From Vulcanimicrobiota bacterium (GTDB taxonomy: Bacteria; Vulcanimicrobiota; Xenobia; Xenobiales; JADMJV01), in assembly GCA_050250895.1 (NCBI GenBank), contig JBFWNU010000003.1:778109-842108 (forward strand): 64,000 nt of DNA. The letters run 5' to 3'. Shown here piece after piece: positions 10,159 through 19,546 of the stretch. Numbering within the stretch: position 1 is the first letter of the stretch; every line of letters starts with the position of its first letter. A program made the position numbers and the translations under genes. The notes under the pieces were generated by a model. It saw only the letters and a list, made by a program, of their open reading frames with translations, was not told the origin of the DNA and did not search any database.

Positions 10159-10482
10159 ATTCCCGCGCGGTCGCTGGCCTCGTCTGGCTCGGCGGGCCTG
10201 TCGGGCGCGCCTGGCGGGCAGGGGTAGGGCCGTACGGCGGAGGCTCTCCTGGGCCGTCTTCCGTGCGGAAGTGCCTCGCCGCGGCCTGGGTGTGGCGGGG
10301 CTGGCTGGTTGCTCTTCCGTGTGGAAGTGGCCTCGGCCGAACTGCCCTGGCTGGCCGGCGCGCTTGGCGGGGCTGGCGGGTACGGCACCAGGTGGCGCCG
10401 AATTCGGCACTTGGTGGTGCCGTACGGCGGTGGGGCTGGCCTGGTCAAGGCATTTCCAAGGCCCCTCGGTTAGGATTAGCTC

Positions 10483-10540
10483 AGTGAGATGAGCAAACGG
10501 TTGGAACTCGGAGGCCCCGGAAACGGGGCCTCCTCCTTTT
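10483..10540 (+). ncRNA. Putative small RNA, copy 2
   Basis: Identical to copy 1 except a G.U to G-C change at the base of the terminator stem. Confidence 0.7.
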
Positions 10541-10955
10541 ATTCCCGCGCGGGTCGCTGGCCTCGTCTGGCTCGGCGGGCCTGTCGGGCGCGCCTGGCGG
10601 GGCGGCGGGTAGGGCCGTATGGCGGAGGCTCTCCTGGGCCGTCTTCCGTGCGGAAGTGCCTCGCCGCGGCCTGGGTGTGGCGGGGCTGGCGGGTACGGCA
10701 CCAGGTGGCGCCGAATTCGGCACTTGGTGGTGCCATACGGCGGAGAGGCTGGCTGGTTGCTCTTCCGTGCGGAAGTGGCCTCGGCTGAACTGCCCTGGCT
10801 GGCCGGCGCGCTTGGCGGGCTGGCGGGTACGGCACCAGGTGGCGCCGAATTCGGCACGTGGTGGTGCCGTACGGCGGGGAGGCTGGCCTGGCCCGACTTC
10901 CGGGCGGAAGTGCCTGGTCAAGGCATTTCCAAGGCCCCTCGGTTAGGATTAGCTC

Positions 10956-11012
10956 AGTGAGATGAGCAAACGGTTGGAACTCGGAGGCCCCGGAAACGGG
11001 GCCTCTTCCTTT
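10956..11012 (+). ncRNA. Putative small RNA, copy 3
   Basis: Identical to copy 1 except one fewer T in the tail. Confidence 0.7.
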
Positions 11013-11110
11013 ATTCCCGCGCGATCGCTGGCCTCGTCTGGCTCGGCGGTCCAACCGGGCCAGCCCAGCCCGCGAGCGGGTTCGGCCGGTCGAAGGACGA
11101 AAGGTGAACC

Positions 11111-12067
11111 ATGCGATGGCAATGGTTGATATTGCTCGTGTTGCTCGGTTGTTCGCCCAGGACCACCCCGGTCGAGACGCCCAAGATCGACGAAGCCTTC
11201 CGTCCGCCGGATGAGGCGGCTCGCCAGGCGGCCATCGGCGAGGTGCCAAGCGAGCAAAAGGCCTGGTTCTCCACGGCCCACTACGAGCCGATCCAGGAGC
11301 CTCACTCCATGGACTGGCTGGCCAATCAACACGAAGCCGGGCAGACTTTTGACGAGTTCGTAGCCTCTCAGCCCAATCGCCCGGAGGGGTCCCGGTCGGT
11401 GGTCTACTTCCAGCCTATCGGGGAGTTCGGCGAGGATGCGCCTTCGCGACAGAAGCTGAGCCAGTTCACCTCGGCCTTCTTCGGGCTCAAAGTCGAGTGG
11501 CTCGACCCGCTGCCGACCGAGGGCCTGGGCGTGACCGAGCGTCTCAACGAACTCGAGGGGGAGCGGCAGTTGTTGACCGGGGACCTGCTAAAAGCACTCA
11601 AGAAGCGACTACCCGATGACGCCTACTGCGAGCTGGGCGTGACCATGGCCGACCTTTATCCGCGCGAAGGTTGGAACTACGTGTTTGGGGCGGCCTCGCT
11701 CAAGGACCGGGTCGGTGTCTATAGCTTCGCTCGTTACGACCCGGCTTTCTACGGCAATGATCGCAAGGATGGCTGGCGCGAACTGGTGCTATTGCGAAGC
11801 TGCAAGGTGCTGGCCCACGAGACGGGACACATGTTCGGTCTGGCCCACTGCATCCACTTTGACTGTTTGATGAACGGCTCGAACCACCTGGCCGAGACCG
11901 ATTCCCATCCGCTCTTTCTTTGCCCTGTCTGCCTGCGCAAGCTGCATTCCAGCGTGGGGTTTGACCCGGTGGCGCGCTATCGGGCACTCGAGTCGTTTTG
12001 TCGCGAGAATGGTCTGAGCGGCGAGGCCCAATGGTTGCAGCGACGCCTGGCTGAGCTCGCCGAGTGA
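11111..12067 (+). CDS. Archaemetzincin (peptidase M54) lipoprotein
   Basis: 'HETGHMFGLAHC..DCLMN...LCPVC' zinc motifs; lipobox LLGC. Confidence 0.9.
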   Translation: MRWQWLILLVLLGCSPRTTPVETPKIDEAFRPPDEAARQAAIGEVPSEQKAWFSTAHYEPIQEPHSMDWLANQHEAGQTFDEFVASQPNRPEGSRSVVYFQPIGEFGEDAPSRQKLSQFTSAFFGLKVEWLDPLPTEGLGVTERLNELEGERQLLTGDLLKALKKRLPDDAYCELGVTMADLYPREGWNYVFGAASLKDRVGVYSFARYDPAFYGNDRKDGWRELVLLRSCKVLAHETGHMFGLAHCIHFDCLMNGSNHLAETDSHPLFLCPVCLRKLHSSVGFDPVARYRALESFCRENGLSGEAQWLQRRLAELAE

Positions 12068-12106
12068 CCCAACAGGACAAGGCTTTACCGACCCGAACGG
12101 GGTCAG

Positions 12107-13033
12107 ATGAAGAGACTGTTCTGGTTACTGGTGTTTTGCCTGGTCGGATGCAATCGCACTGTCGTGACCCCAGAGATCCCGCCGCCGTTGGGCGAACTCA
12201 AGTATCAGCTGCAAGGCTACTCGGCTGACGGCCAGCAGGCCTTTGCCACTGACTTGCCGGGCGAGGCACGGGCGCTGCTTGGGCCTGACGAGCAAGGCAA
12301 CATCTACGTGACCATAGACGCCAAGCTGCTAGCCTTTGATGGCAACGGTAACCCGGTGGGCAAGGCCCAGGAGCCGCCGGGCACCCCGCGGGCGTTAGCG
12401 GGCCAGACGATTTTCTGCCAGAGCGAGAGCGGTGTTAGCGCCTATGACCGCGAGGCCAAGAAGGAACTCTGGAGTCGGCAACTCGAGAGCCCCCTCTGGC
12501 TGACTCCCTCGTCCGACGGCTTACTGGTCGGGACGTCCACCGAGTGTCATCTGTTGGATGCCGAGGGCAAGGAGATCTGGAAGGATCAGTTCGAGTATCA
12601 GCCGGTGGGGGCGTCAGCCGCGGGCGGGAGGGTGTTCGTGACGGTCTCCAAGCCGGCGCTCTACGCCTATGACCTGAAGACCGGTAAGAAACTGTGGGAA
12701 AAGAGCTGGGACGGTGGCGAGAACAACTGGGTCGGCAGCGTGTCGACCCCAGAGGCGGTTTTTCAGTCGCTTAGTTCGGGTTTGACGGCGCTCAAAGCCG
12801 AGACCGGCGAGGAACTCTGGTCGTCACCGGCCGAGACCCGGATGATAGCCTACCAGGACGGCAAGGTCTTTGGTCAGGCTCATCTCCACAAGGGGGTGGT
12901 GGTGGATGCCCTGACCGGCGAAACCGTGGCGGAGTTCGCGATGCCAATGTTTGTAACCATCCCCCTGGTTGCCGCCGATGGCAAGTTCTTCGTCACCGGG
13001 AATGTGGTTCCCAAGCTGCCTCAGGAACAGTAG
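12107..13033 (+). CDS. PQQ-like beta-propeller lipoprotein
   Basis: Repeated 'AYDxxTGxxLW' blades; lipobox LVGC. Confidence 0.82.
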   Translation: MKRLFWLLVFCLVGCNRTVVTPEIPPPLGELKYQLQGYSADGQQAFATDLPGEARALLGPDEQGNIYVTIDAKLLAFDGNGNPVGKAQEPPGTPRALAGQTIFCQSESGVSAYDREAKKELWSRQLESPLWLTPSSDGLLVGTSTECHLLDAEGKEIWKDQFEYQPVGASAAGGRVFVTVSKPALYAYDLKTGKKLWEKSWDGGENNWVGSVSTPEAVFQSLSSGLTALKAETGEELWSSPAETRMIAYQDGKVFGQAHLHKGVVVDALTGETVAEFAMPMFVTIPLVAADGKFFVTGNVVPKLPQEQ

Positions 13034-13134
13034 CTAAACTGTCCGTCGCCGTAAACGTGTGCGGCAGCGTCGGTGTCGACTTGCGGCGGAAGTGGGTCAA
13101 GGAATCTCCAAGGCATGTCGGTTAGGATTAGCTC

Positions 13135-13192
13135 AGTGAGATGAGCAAAACGGTTGGAACTCGGAGGCCCCGGCAACGGGGCCTCCTCTCTT
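13135..13192 (+). ncRNA. Putative small RNA, copy 4 (dispersed)
   Basis: Same body with one extra A (frameshifts any ORF); terminator loop GCAA is still GNRA; same promoter hexamers. Confidence 0.7.
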
Positions 13193-14405
13193 ATTCCTGG
13201 AGCGGCCCCATGGGGCTGATCAGCTCACGCAGCGACTCGATGGGCACGGGAACCTGCGTCGGTTGACCATCGTGGAAGAGATCCACTAGCACTAGCTTCT
13301 TGGGAGTGAGGTAGAACTGGGGCTCCTGGTCGAGAAAGTCGTCCGCCATTTTGAACTGGTATTCTCGGTCGGCGATGGGCCCGGCGATCTCTCTGAGCTT
13401 GGGCAGAGTGTCGCCGATGTTGGCTTTGAAGAGATCGCGATAGTTGTCTTGCCGACCGGTGTGAAGGCTGATGTTGCGGGTGGTAAAGGTGCGATTGTGC
13501 GAGCCGGCGCCGCGCAGCTTGCCTGAACTCTTGTAGAGCACGCTGATATAGTCGGCGTCGAGGCGGGTCACTTCGAAGCTGCGAAATTCGTAGTAGTCGT
13601 CTTCCCATTGATAGGGCTTGGGTGGAAAGGCCTCCTCGAGTTCCTTATTGATCCTGGCCTGGAGCTCGGTGTCGACCATGCCGCGCAGTTGGGGATAGTA
13701 GCAGGTGCTATAGAATCTGCCCACGTGCACCTTGCGCCCTTTGGTGACCAGGCGGGGCACACCGGTGAGGTCGGTGAGCAGATGGGTGAGAGCCGCGTTC
13801 TTGACCTCGGCAAGGCCGCCGTCGTCAGACTTCAAGTGGCGGGCGATTTCGACCGCTTCGGGCCGGTGGACGTTGCAGACCAGCTGAATTAGAAAGATGG
13901 AACGCAGCTCGGCATCGCGGCCCGGTTCCTTGCGGTGGCCGAATTCTGCCTCAGACAGCCGTTGCAGACGAGCCCGGGTGTCGTCTCCGAGTTCGGCCAG
14001 GGCGCCTTCGAGGGCATAGCCGACGTCACGATGGGTTTCGACCCGCAGTCGCTGCCGCAGGGGGGCGACGGCGGCCGGCGAGTGGGTGCCACCGAGTAAT
14101 ACCGCGCTCACGTAACGCTCCCAGGGCTCGGGGCTCGAGAGCTGTTTGACCAGCACAGCCACCTGGCCGGGACCGACGCGCGCCCAGTCGCGGCGGGCCT
14201 GACGATAGCGACGCAGGGTGCTGGCGCTGGTGTAGTTGCCCAACTCGTCAAACTGCTGCCAGTAGTGGCGAGCCGGTTCGACAGTCTCCGTGGGCAGTTT
14301 GGCCAGCACGGCCTTGAGGCCGTCATCGCTGCCCCAGCCCTTCTTGAACTGGTCGGCCTGGGCAGCCAGGCTAGCGATGAGCAGGATGGCGAGTAGGCGG
14401 CGCAT
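13191..14405 (-). CDS. Secreted HEAT-repeat protein with C-terminal PdaC/RsiV (DUF4163/DUF3298)-like region
   Basis: Signal peptide; HEAT-like 'LSSPEPWERYVSAVLLG..AVAPL'; 'YPQL..RINKEL..YISVLY..QFYLTPKKLVL'. Confidence 0.62.
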   Translation of the reverse strand: MRRLLAILLIASLAAQADQFKKGWGSDDGLKAVLAKLPTETVEPARHYWQQFDELGNYTSASTLRRYRQARRDWARVGPGQVAVLVKQLSSPEPWERYVSAVLLGGTHSPAAVAPLRQRLRVETHRDVGYALEGALAELGDDTRARLQRLSEAEFGHRKEPGRDAELRSIFLIQLVCNVHRPEAVEIARHLKSDDGGLAEVKNAALTHLLTDLTGVPRLVTKGRKVHVGRFYSTCYYPQLRGMVDTELQARINKELEEAFPPKPYQWEDDYYEFRSFEVTRLDADYISVLYKSSGKLRGAGSHNRTFTTRNISLHTGRQDNYRDLFKANIGDTLPKLREIAGPIADREYQFKMADDFLDQEPQFYLTPKKLVLVDLFHDGQPTQVPVPIESLRELISPMGPLQE

Positions 14406-14525
14406 TGCAGGAAGTTCGCGTCCGGTCGGGGGCTCTTCCTTTGAGAGGCGAGCCTGTTGCGAGGTCGAAATTCTTTCCGGCCCTGGTCTTCGTGTTGGGG
14501 CTCGGCTATGGCTCGCTCTCGCTAC

Positions 14526-15128
14526 TCATCCTTTTGTATCAGAAGGCGCGAGAGAAAAGGCCAGCGTGAAAATGGCGGTCCAGGCCAGCAGGGCCAGCCA
14601 CCAGGGAAGGGACCGCTCCCCCAGCCACAGTTGCCGATGAGGATATTCCACCCGGGTCGACCAGACCCAACCATGGCCCACTCGCAAGCTGACTTGTTGG
14701 TCGCTCAAGAAGAGGGCGTATTCGCCCGCTCGCGAGGCTTTGACACGCCAGACTCTCTGGCCGTCGAGGGTTACCGGTCCGGCCTCGATGGTCACTCCTT
14801 CAGGCACTTCGAGGACGCTGCCGCGCACCAGCACGCTCTCGCCGACCCGCAGAGGCCGGGCGTGCCAGTAGCCATAAAGCGGAAGCACCACCCAGGCTAA
14901 CGGGATGAGAAAGGCCAGCCCCGGTCGCAGTAGTTGGCGGCCCCAGACCAGGCTGGCCCGCAACAGGTCGGCCAGGCAGGCCAGGATTTGGCGGGGCACA
15001 TCGCGGTAGAGCCCGATCTCGAGCAGATGGCCGACCACGCGCTGGCCGGCGGCCGGGTCGACCAGGCGTCGATAGAGCCATAGCCAGGCGACTGCCAGCA
15101 ATGCGCCACCGAGCGCCAGCCCGCTCAT
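14526..15128 (-). CDS. Membrane protein (possibly DUF106/EMC3-like), last gene of the phosphodiesterase operon
   Basis: ATG overlaps the upstream TGA; three hydrophobic segments. Confidence 0.65.
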   Translation of the reverse strand: MSGLALGGALLAVAWLWLYRRLVDPAAGQRVVGHLLEIGLYRDVPRQILACLADLLRASLVWGRQLLRPGLAFLIPLAWVVLPLYGYWHARPLRVGESVLVRGSVLEVPEGVTIEAGPVTLDGQRVWRVKASRAGEYALFLSDQQVSLRVGHGWVWSTRVEYPHRQLWLGERSLPWWLALLAWTAIFTLAFSLAPSDTKG

Positions 15129-16786
15129 CGCAAGACTCGTCCCGGCAGGTGCGAGGGAAGGCCGAAGTGAGCCAGAATGGTGGGTGCCAGGTCGCGCAGG
15201 TGGGGATCGCTGACGTGGACGGCTTGATTGCAGAGCAGCACCCCCGGCACCAGTTCGGCGTCGATCAGGTGGTCGCCACTCCAGTGGTCGAGGTTGTCCG
15301 AGAGCACCTGGTCGCCGGCTTTGCCCAGGGCCGTCTGCCACGAGGCGCGATAGCCGCGCTCGTAGCCGATTAGCAGGTCGGGCCCGGTGGCCGGCCGTAC
15401 CACGCGATGGATGACCGGATGGTCGCCATCGCGCACGGCCAGCAGTCTTTGGCTCAGTTCGTCCCGCAGCTTGGAGTCGGGGTGGGTGAGGTAGAGGCCG
15501 TTGAATCCCACTGCCTGGGCCTTGCCGGCATAGCCGTTTTGGCCTAGCCAGGCGTTGAGGTCGAAGCTGCGATAGAAGGGGGCAAAGCCGTGGTCCGAGA
15601 CCACCAGCACCAGGGTCTTCGAGTCGGTCTTAGCGAGGATCATGCCGAGCAACTCGTCAGCCTGTTGGTAGGCCTTTTCGATGGCATCGGAGTGGCCGGG
15701 GGCCTGGAGCTTGTAGCCGGGATGCTGGGGGTCGCTGGCGCGCCAGTAGAGGTGCGAGATGATGTCGACCTGAGGGGTGTAAAAAAAGAGCAGGCCCGTC
15801 TTGTACTCGTCCAGGCTCTGGGCTAGCAGGCGCTTGCGCTCGGCGTAGACCAATTGGCTCTGGGTTAGAAACTCTTCGTCGTCGAACACTCCACTGGTTA
15901 GGGCCTTGGTGTCATCGGGCATGCCCTGGGTGTAGAACCGGCCGCAGTGGTGGTAGAGATGGCGGGCGAAGTCCTCGGGCGTGGCGATGGGCAGGCTGGG
16001 CCGGGCGGGATCGACGTTGAGAGGGCTGACATAGAGTCTGAACTCGGGCTCGGTGGCCTGTAGATAGAAGCGCACCATGCCGTCGACTCGGGTGAAGCTC
16101 ACCGGGACCCAGTCGCTCCACTGGCCGACTTTGAGCAACTCTTGCTGATCCTGAGTTCGGATGAAGGCGCTCTGTCCCTCAATGGCCACCTGGAAGGGAA
16201 CCGAATCACCGGCCGGACCCACCAGCGAGGCGCGGACCTGGCCGTCGTGCACCTCGACCGGCACGAAGCGGCCGCCTTCGAGTTCGCGGCGCGGGCCCGT
16301 GGAATAGAAGGAGAAGGTGCCGTAACTGCCCTCGAGATCGGGCACTCCCAGGCCGGCCAGAACCCGACCGCCAGGCTCGGGCGGAAAGTCGGCGGGTGTC
16401 TTGACCACGGTGACGGGTACCCGTCCGGCTAGTTCGAGCCAGAAGGGTTTGCCTTTGCGTTCGAGCTGGTATCTTCCATCTTTCACCGAGGTCAGCGAGG
16501 GGATGGCCTGGCCTTCGGGACCCCGGTGGAGAAAGTCGTGGATGCCGTGCTGGTCGGGGTCGAGACCGGTGACGAAGGTCGACCAGGCCACCGGGCTCTG
16601 GGGCGGATCGGTGGTGGCCAGGCGGGTTCGGTGGCCCAGACGCGCAAGGTTCGGCAGTTTGCCCTCGGCGATAAAGCGCTCGAGCAAGACCGGGTCACAG
16701 CCATCCACTCCGAAGATGACGACTTTCGGCTGGGGCTGCTGGCAGCCGCCCAGCAGCAGCAGCAAGCAAAGGAACACTAGACGCAC
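15125..16786 (-). CDS. Alkaline phosphatase / nucleotide pyrophosphatase-phosphodiesterase family lipoprotein
   Basis: 'GVDG', 'TTDPPQSPVAWSTF', 'DIISH', 'SDHGF', 'WSGDH'; lipobox LGGC. Confidence 0.9.
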   Translation of the reverse strand: MRLVFLCLLLLLGGCQQPQPKVVIFGVDGCDPVLLERFIAEGKLPNLARLGHRTRLATTDPPQSPVAWSTFVTGLDPDQHGIHDFLHRGPEGQAIPSLTSVKDGRYQLERKGKPFWLELAGRVPVTVVKTPADFPPEPGGRVLAGLGVPDLEGSYGTFSFYSTGPRRELEGGRFVPVEVHDGQVRASLVGPAGDSVPFQVAIEGQSAFIRTQDQQELLKVGQWSDWVPVSFTRVDGMVRFYLQATEPEFRLYVSPLNVDPARPSLPIATPEDFARHLYHHCGRFYTQGMPDDTKALTSGVFDDEEFLTQSQLVYAERKRLLAQSLDEYKTGLLFFYTPQVDIISHLYWRASDPQHPGYKLQAPGHSDAIEKAYQQADELLGMILAKTDSKTLVLVVSDHGFAPFYRSFDLNAWLGQNGYAGKAQAVGFNGLYLTHPDSKLRDELSQRLLAVRDGDHPVIHRVVRPATGPDLLIGYERGYRASWQTALGKAGDQVLSDNLDHWSGDHLIDAELVPGVLLCNQAVHVSDPHLRDLAPTILAHFGLPSHLPGRVLR

Positions 16787-18525
16787 AGGCTCTTGCCCTC
16801 CAGATAGTCGGGCCGGGGCACGCCCAGGGCCTCGAGGATGGTGGAAGCCAGGTCGACCAGGTGGGCCCCGCCGGCTAGCTCGCGGTTGGCCAGCAACACG
16901 CCCGGCACATGCTCGGGATGGAAGCAGTGGTCGGTCTGCCAGGCCGAGGTGTTGCTGCTAAAGACGGTCTGGCCGGCCTGGCCCTGGGCCGAGGTGCGGC
17001 TGGTGCGATAACCGGGACGATAGGCCAATACCAGGTCGGGAGCCTTGTCGCGGTAGGGGCCGTGATAGAGCGACGAGGATTCGAACACATCGAGCAGCGG
17101 TGATTCGCCGGTTTCGGGGTCGACCACCGCCAACAGCTCTTCGCGCAGACCCTCGGCGGGCCCCAGCAGATAAAGGCCCGAGAGCCCCAGCCCGTAGGCG
17201 CGGCTCTGGTCACGGTCGGGTGTCTCGCCGGCCATCACCAGATAGCCGCGCTCGATGAGCCAGGCGTTGAGGTCGAAGCTGCGTCGCCAGGGCCCGCAGC
17301 CGTGGTCAGAGAGGACGAGCAGCAAGTCGTCAGCGGTCAAGCGCGACAGGGTCTGACCCACCACTGCGTCGAGATGGACATAGAGGGCGTCGACCAGGGC
17401 CTGATCGTTGACTACGTGCTGGACCCGGTCGGGCGCGTCGAAGACCGCCAGGCAGAGCCCCTCGCTGGTGCGCTCGAGACAATGGAAGAACTGTCTTTCT
17501 CGCTCTTGTTCGATGGTGTAGACCTGTTCGAGGAAGGCCTCTTGCGAGAGCACCTCGTCAACGCAAGCGCCGGTATCCTCGGCCAGCCCGCAGGTGGCGA
17601 AAGGGCCGTGCAGTCGGGCCAGGGCTGGGGCGAAGCTGGCGGGCCACGAGACCGGCGCGGCCGGGCGGGCCGGATCGAGCTGGAGGGGAGTCATGTAGAG
17701 GTCGTTCTCGGGCAGCAGGGTGAAGCGGGCCAGCCCGGTGCATTTGCGAAAGCGGACGGTGAGCCAGGCGGTCGAACGGCCCGGCTCGAGTTCGACGGTA
17801 TGACCGGGTAATACCAGCTGCCGGCCCTCCAGACGCACCTCGAGCTGCTCTCCGGGCGGACCTTCGAGGCGGGCCCGCAGGCCGTTGCCAGAGGCCTGCC
17901 AGCGCACCAGTTGTCCGTGGGCCAGAGCCCGCTGTCGCGACGAGAAGAGAGTGTAGGTGCCCTGGGTGCCGCGCAGGTCAGGGGTTCCCATCGCGGCCAG
18001 TTGCAGACCAAAAAAGGGCTGGCAGGGCCAGCTCACCGGCACCCGCAAGATGTGGCTGAAGACCCCGTGTTCGCCCAGCACCTGCCAGAAGCTCTTGCTT
18101 TTGCGTAAGAATCGGGGCTTTCCCTCGACCACCTGCGAGAAGGACAGATAGGGGCGGTCGTGGCGGTCGCGGTGGATAAAGTCGAAGATGCCGTGACGGC
18201 CGGGATGGACCCCGGTGGCAAAGGTCGACCAGGCTACCGGAGAGAGCGGCGGACAGGTGGTGGCCAACCTCTGGTAGTGCAGGCTCTGCAGCTGTGGCAA
18301 CCGGCCTTCGCCCAGCAAGCGCTCGAGGGTGGTTGGCTCGAGGCCGTCAAGGCCCAGCACCACGACGCGCCGGGCCAGGGCTGGTTGGCGAGGCTTGGCC
18401 CGGCGGAAGAACCAGCGAACGGGGAGGGTGAGCAGGGCCAGCAGAGCGGCCAGAATGCCCACCAGGGTGGCCAGTACAGGCCCCCCCACAGCCAGACCCG
18501 GACCAGGACCGATATAGGCCAACAT
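16777..18525 (-). CDS. Alkaline phosphatase / nucleotide pyrophosphatase-phosphodiesterase family, membrane anchored (paralog of the downstream gene)
   Basis: 'GLDG', 'TTCPPLSPVAWSTF', 'DRVQH', 'SDHG', 'WQTDH'; N-terminal 'AYIGPG' + TM; TATGAT-N6-ATG promoter. Confidence 0.9.
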   Translation of the reverse strand: MLAYIGPGPGLAVGGPVLATLVGILAALLALLTLPVRWFFRRAKPRQPALARRVVVLGLDGLEPTTLERLLGEGRLPQLQSLHYQRLATTCPPLSPVAWSTFATGVHPGRHGIFDFIHRDRHDRPYLSFSQVVEGKPRFLRKSKSFWQVLGEHGVFSHILRVPVSWPCQPFFGLQLAAMGTPDLRGTQGTYTLFSSRQRALAHGQLVRWQASGNGLRARLEGPPGEQLEVRLEGRQLVLPGHTVELEPGRSTAWLTVRFRKCTGLARFTLLPENDLYMTPLQLDPARPAAPVSWPASFAPALARLHGPFATCGLAEDTGACVDEVLSQEAFLEQVYTIEQERERQFFHCLERTSEGLCLAVFDAPDRVQHVVNDQALVDALYVHLDAVVGQTLSRLTADDLLLVLSDHGCGPWRRSFDLNAWLIERGYLVMAGETPDRDQSRAYGLGLSGLYLLGPAEGLREELLAVVDPETGESPLLDVFESSSLYHGPYRDKAPDLVLAYRPGYRTSRTSAQGQAGQTVFSSNTSAWQTDHCFHPEHVPGVLLANRELAGGAHLVDLASTILEALGVPRPDYLEGKSLCV

Positions 18526-18581
18526 CAGGCAATCATAACCGCTTCGCCAGGGTGGCGCAAACCGGTGGGGAAGTGTTGGGC

Positions 18582-19370
18582 GTGAACCATCTCGTCTGGC
18601 TGATCCTCGACAGTTGTCGCTACGATTCGTTCGTGGCCGCCAGCACGCCCAACTTCGATCGTGTGGGCCAGGTCGAGCTGCGCTATAGCTACGCCAGCTG
18701 GACGGCCCCCTCCCATTTGGCCTTCTTGATGGGCCTTCCGCCGCATCGCTCGCCGGCCGGCAAGTTTGCTTCCGAGGTCTATGCTGACGAGTTCGCTCAA
18801 TGGGGCCGTCGCCTGGGGGTCGAGACGCAGTTCGGGGACTTCGTACCCGAGTTGAGCCTGCCGTGCAAGCTGCGCAAGCTGGGCTATGCCACCCTGGCCC
18901 GGGTGAGCCTGCCGGTGCTCAACCCCCGTACACTGCTGTCGCGCTATTTCGACGATTACCGCCTGATGGAGCGCCACGACCAGTTCGCCGAAATGATCGA
19001 GGAACTCGAGTTTGGCGAGCAGCCGATGTTCGTGTTGTTCAATTTGGGCGAGACCCACTATCCCTATCGGTTGGATGACGCTCCTCGCCTGGCCGGCCTG
19101 CACGGAGCGGCCGGCGGCGCGCGGGCACCGGGCTTTTTTTCCAGCGAGGAGATGGAGAGAATGCGCCTGGCCCAGGTTCGGGCGGTGGAGCGAGTGGACC
19201 AGCTGTTCGGCCGGTTGCTCGATAAGGCGCCGGCGCACACGCACTTCCTCGTCTGCGCCGACCATGGTGAGCTGTTTGGGGAAGACGGATATTTCGGGCA
19301 CGGCCCGGTGATGCACCCCAAGGTCTTTGAGGTGCCGTTCTTGGAGGGAAGATGTTCGGAAATCGGGTGA
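18582..19370 (+). CDS. Short sulfatase-like metalloenzyme (Thr nucleophile type)
   Basis: 'ILDSCRYD', 'WTAPSH', 'ETHYPY', 'ADHGE', 'GHG'. Confidence 0.82.
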   Translation: MNHLVWLILDSCRYDSFVAASTPNFDRVGQVELRYSYASWTAPSHLAFLMGLPPHRSPAGKFASEVYADEFAQWGRRLGVETQFGDFVPELSLPCKLRKLGYATLARVSLPVLNPRTLLSRYFDDYRLMERHDQFAEMIEELEFGEQPMFVLFNLGETHYPYRLDDAPRLAGLHGAAGGARAPGFFSSEEMERMRLAQVRAVERVDQLFGRLLDKAPAHTHFLVCADHGELFGEDGYFGHGPVMHPKVFEVPFLEGRCSEIG

Positions 19371-19546
19371 AGTTGGATCAGGCCCTCTACGAACGGGCCT
19401 GCAAGGTGGCCGCTACGGCCGGGTTCTCGAGCGTGGAAGAGTTCGTCAATCACCTGGTCGAGCGCGAATTGGATCGGTTGGGCCTGGATGAGGAATTGGC
19501 CAGCGATCAGCTCCGCGAACGGTTGCGCGGGCTCGGCTATCTATAG
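19352..19546 (+). CDS. Small ribbon-helix-helix-like protein with 'LRGLGYL' tail
   Basis: 'RVKLDQALYER..AGFSSVEEFVNHLVEREL' RHH-like pattern; overlaps the upstream gene. Confidence 0.72.
   Translation: MFGNRVKLDQALYERACKVAATAGFSSVEEFVNHLVERELDRLGLDEELASDQLRERLRGLGYL

Larger units (their letters stand above)
9924..11070. repeat. Mosaic tandem repeat: about 3 units (382 and 473 bp apart) built from shuffled palindromic modules plus an sRNA cassette
   Basis: Module GTACGGCACCA..GCCGAATTCGGC..TGGTGCCGTAC at 9998, 10380, 10693, 10827; CTTCCG-N2-CGGAAG at 10258, 10314, 10643, 10762, 10897; ~100-bp cassette at 10061, 10443, 10916. Confidence 0.93.

Noticed and set aside
10061-10161. Hammerhead ribozyme or tRNA fragment in the cassette
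   Set aside because: No CUGANGA core on either strand and no cloverleaf.
9924-11070. CRISPR array or TIGR-like guide array
   Set aside because: Units are about 380-470 bp with repeated, not unique, spacers; no cas or Nop-domain gene in the window.
9837-11332. Repetitive ORFs across the mosaic (e.g. MSKRLELGG, MPNSAPPG)
   Set aside because: Frames differ between copies, copy 4 is frameshifted and there is no SD; these are GC-rich repeat artefacts.
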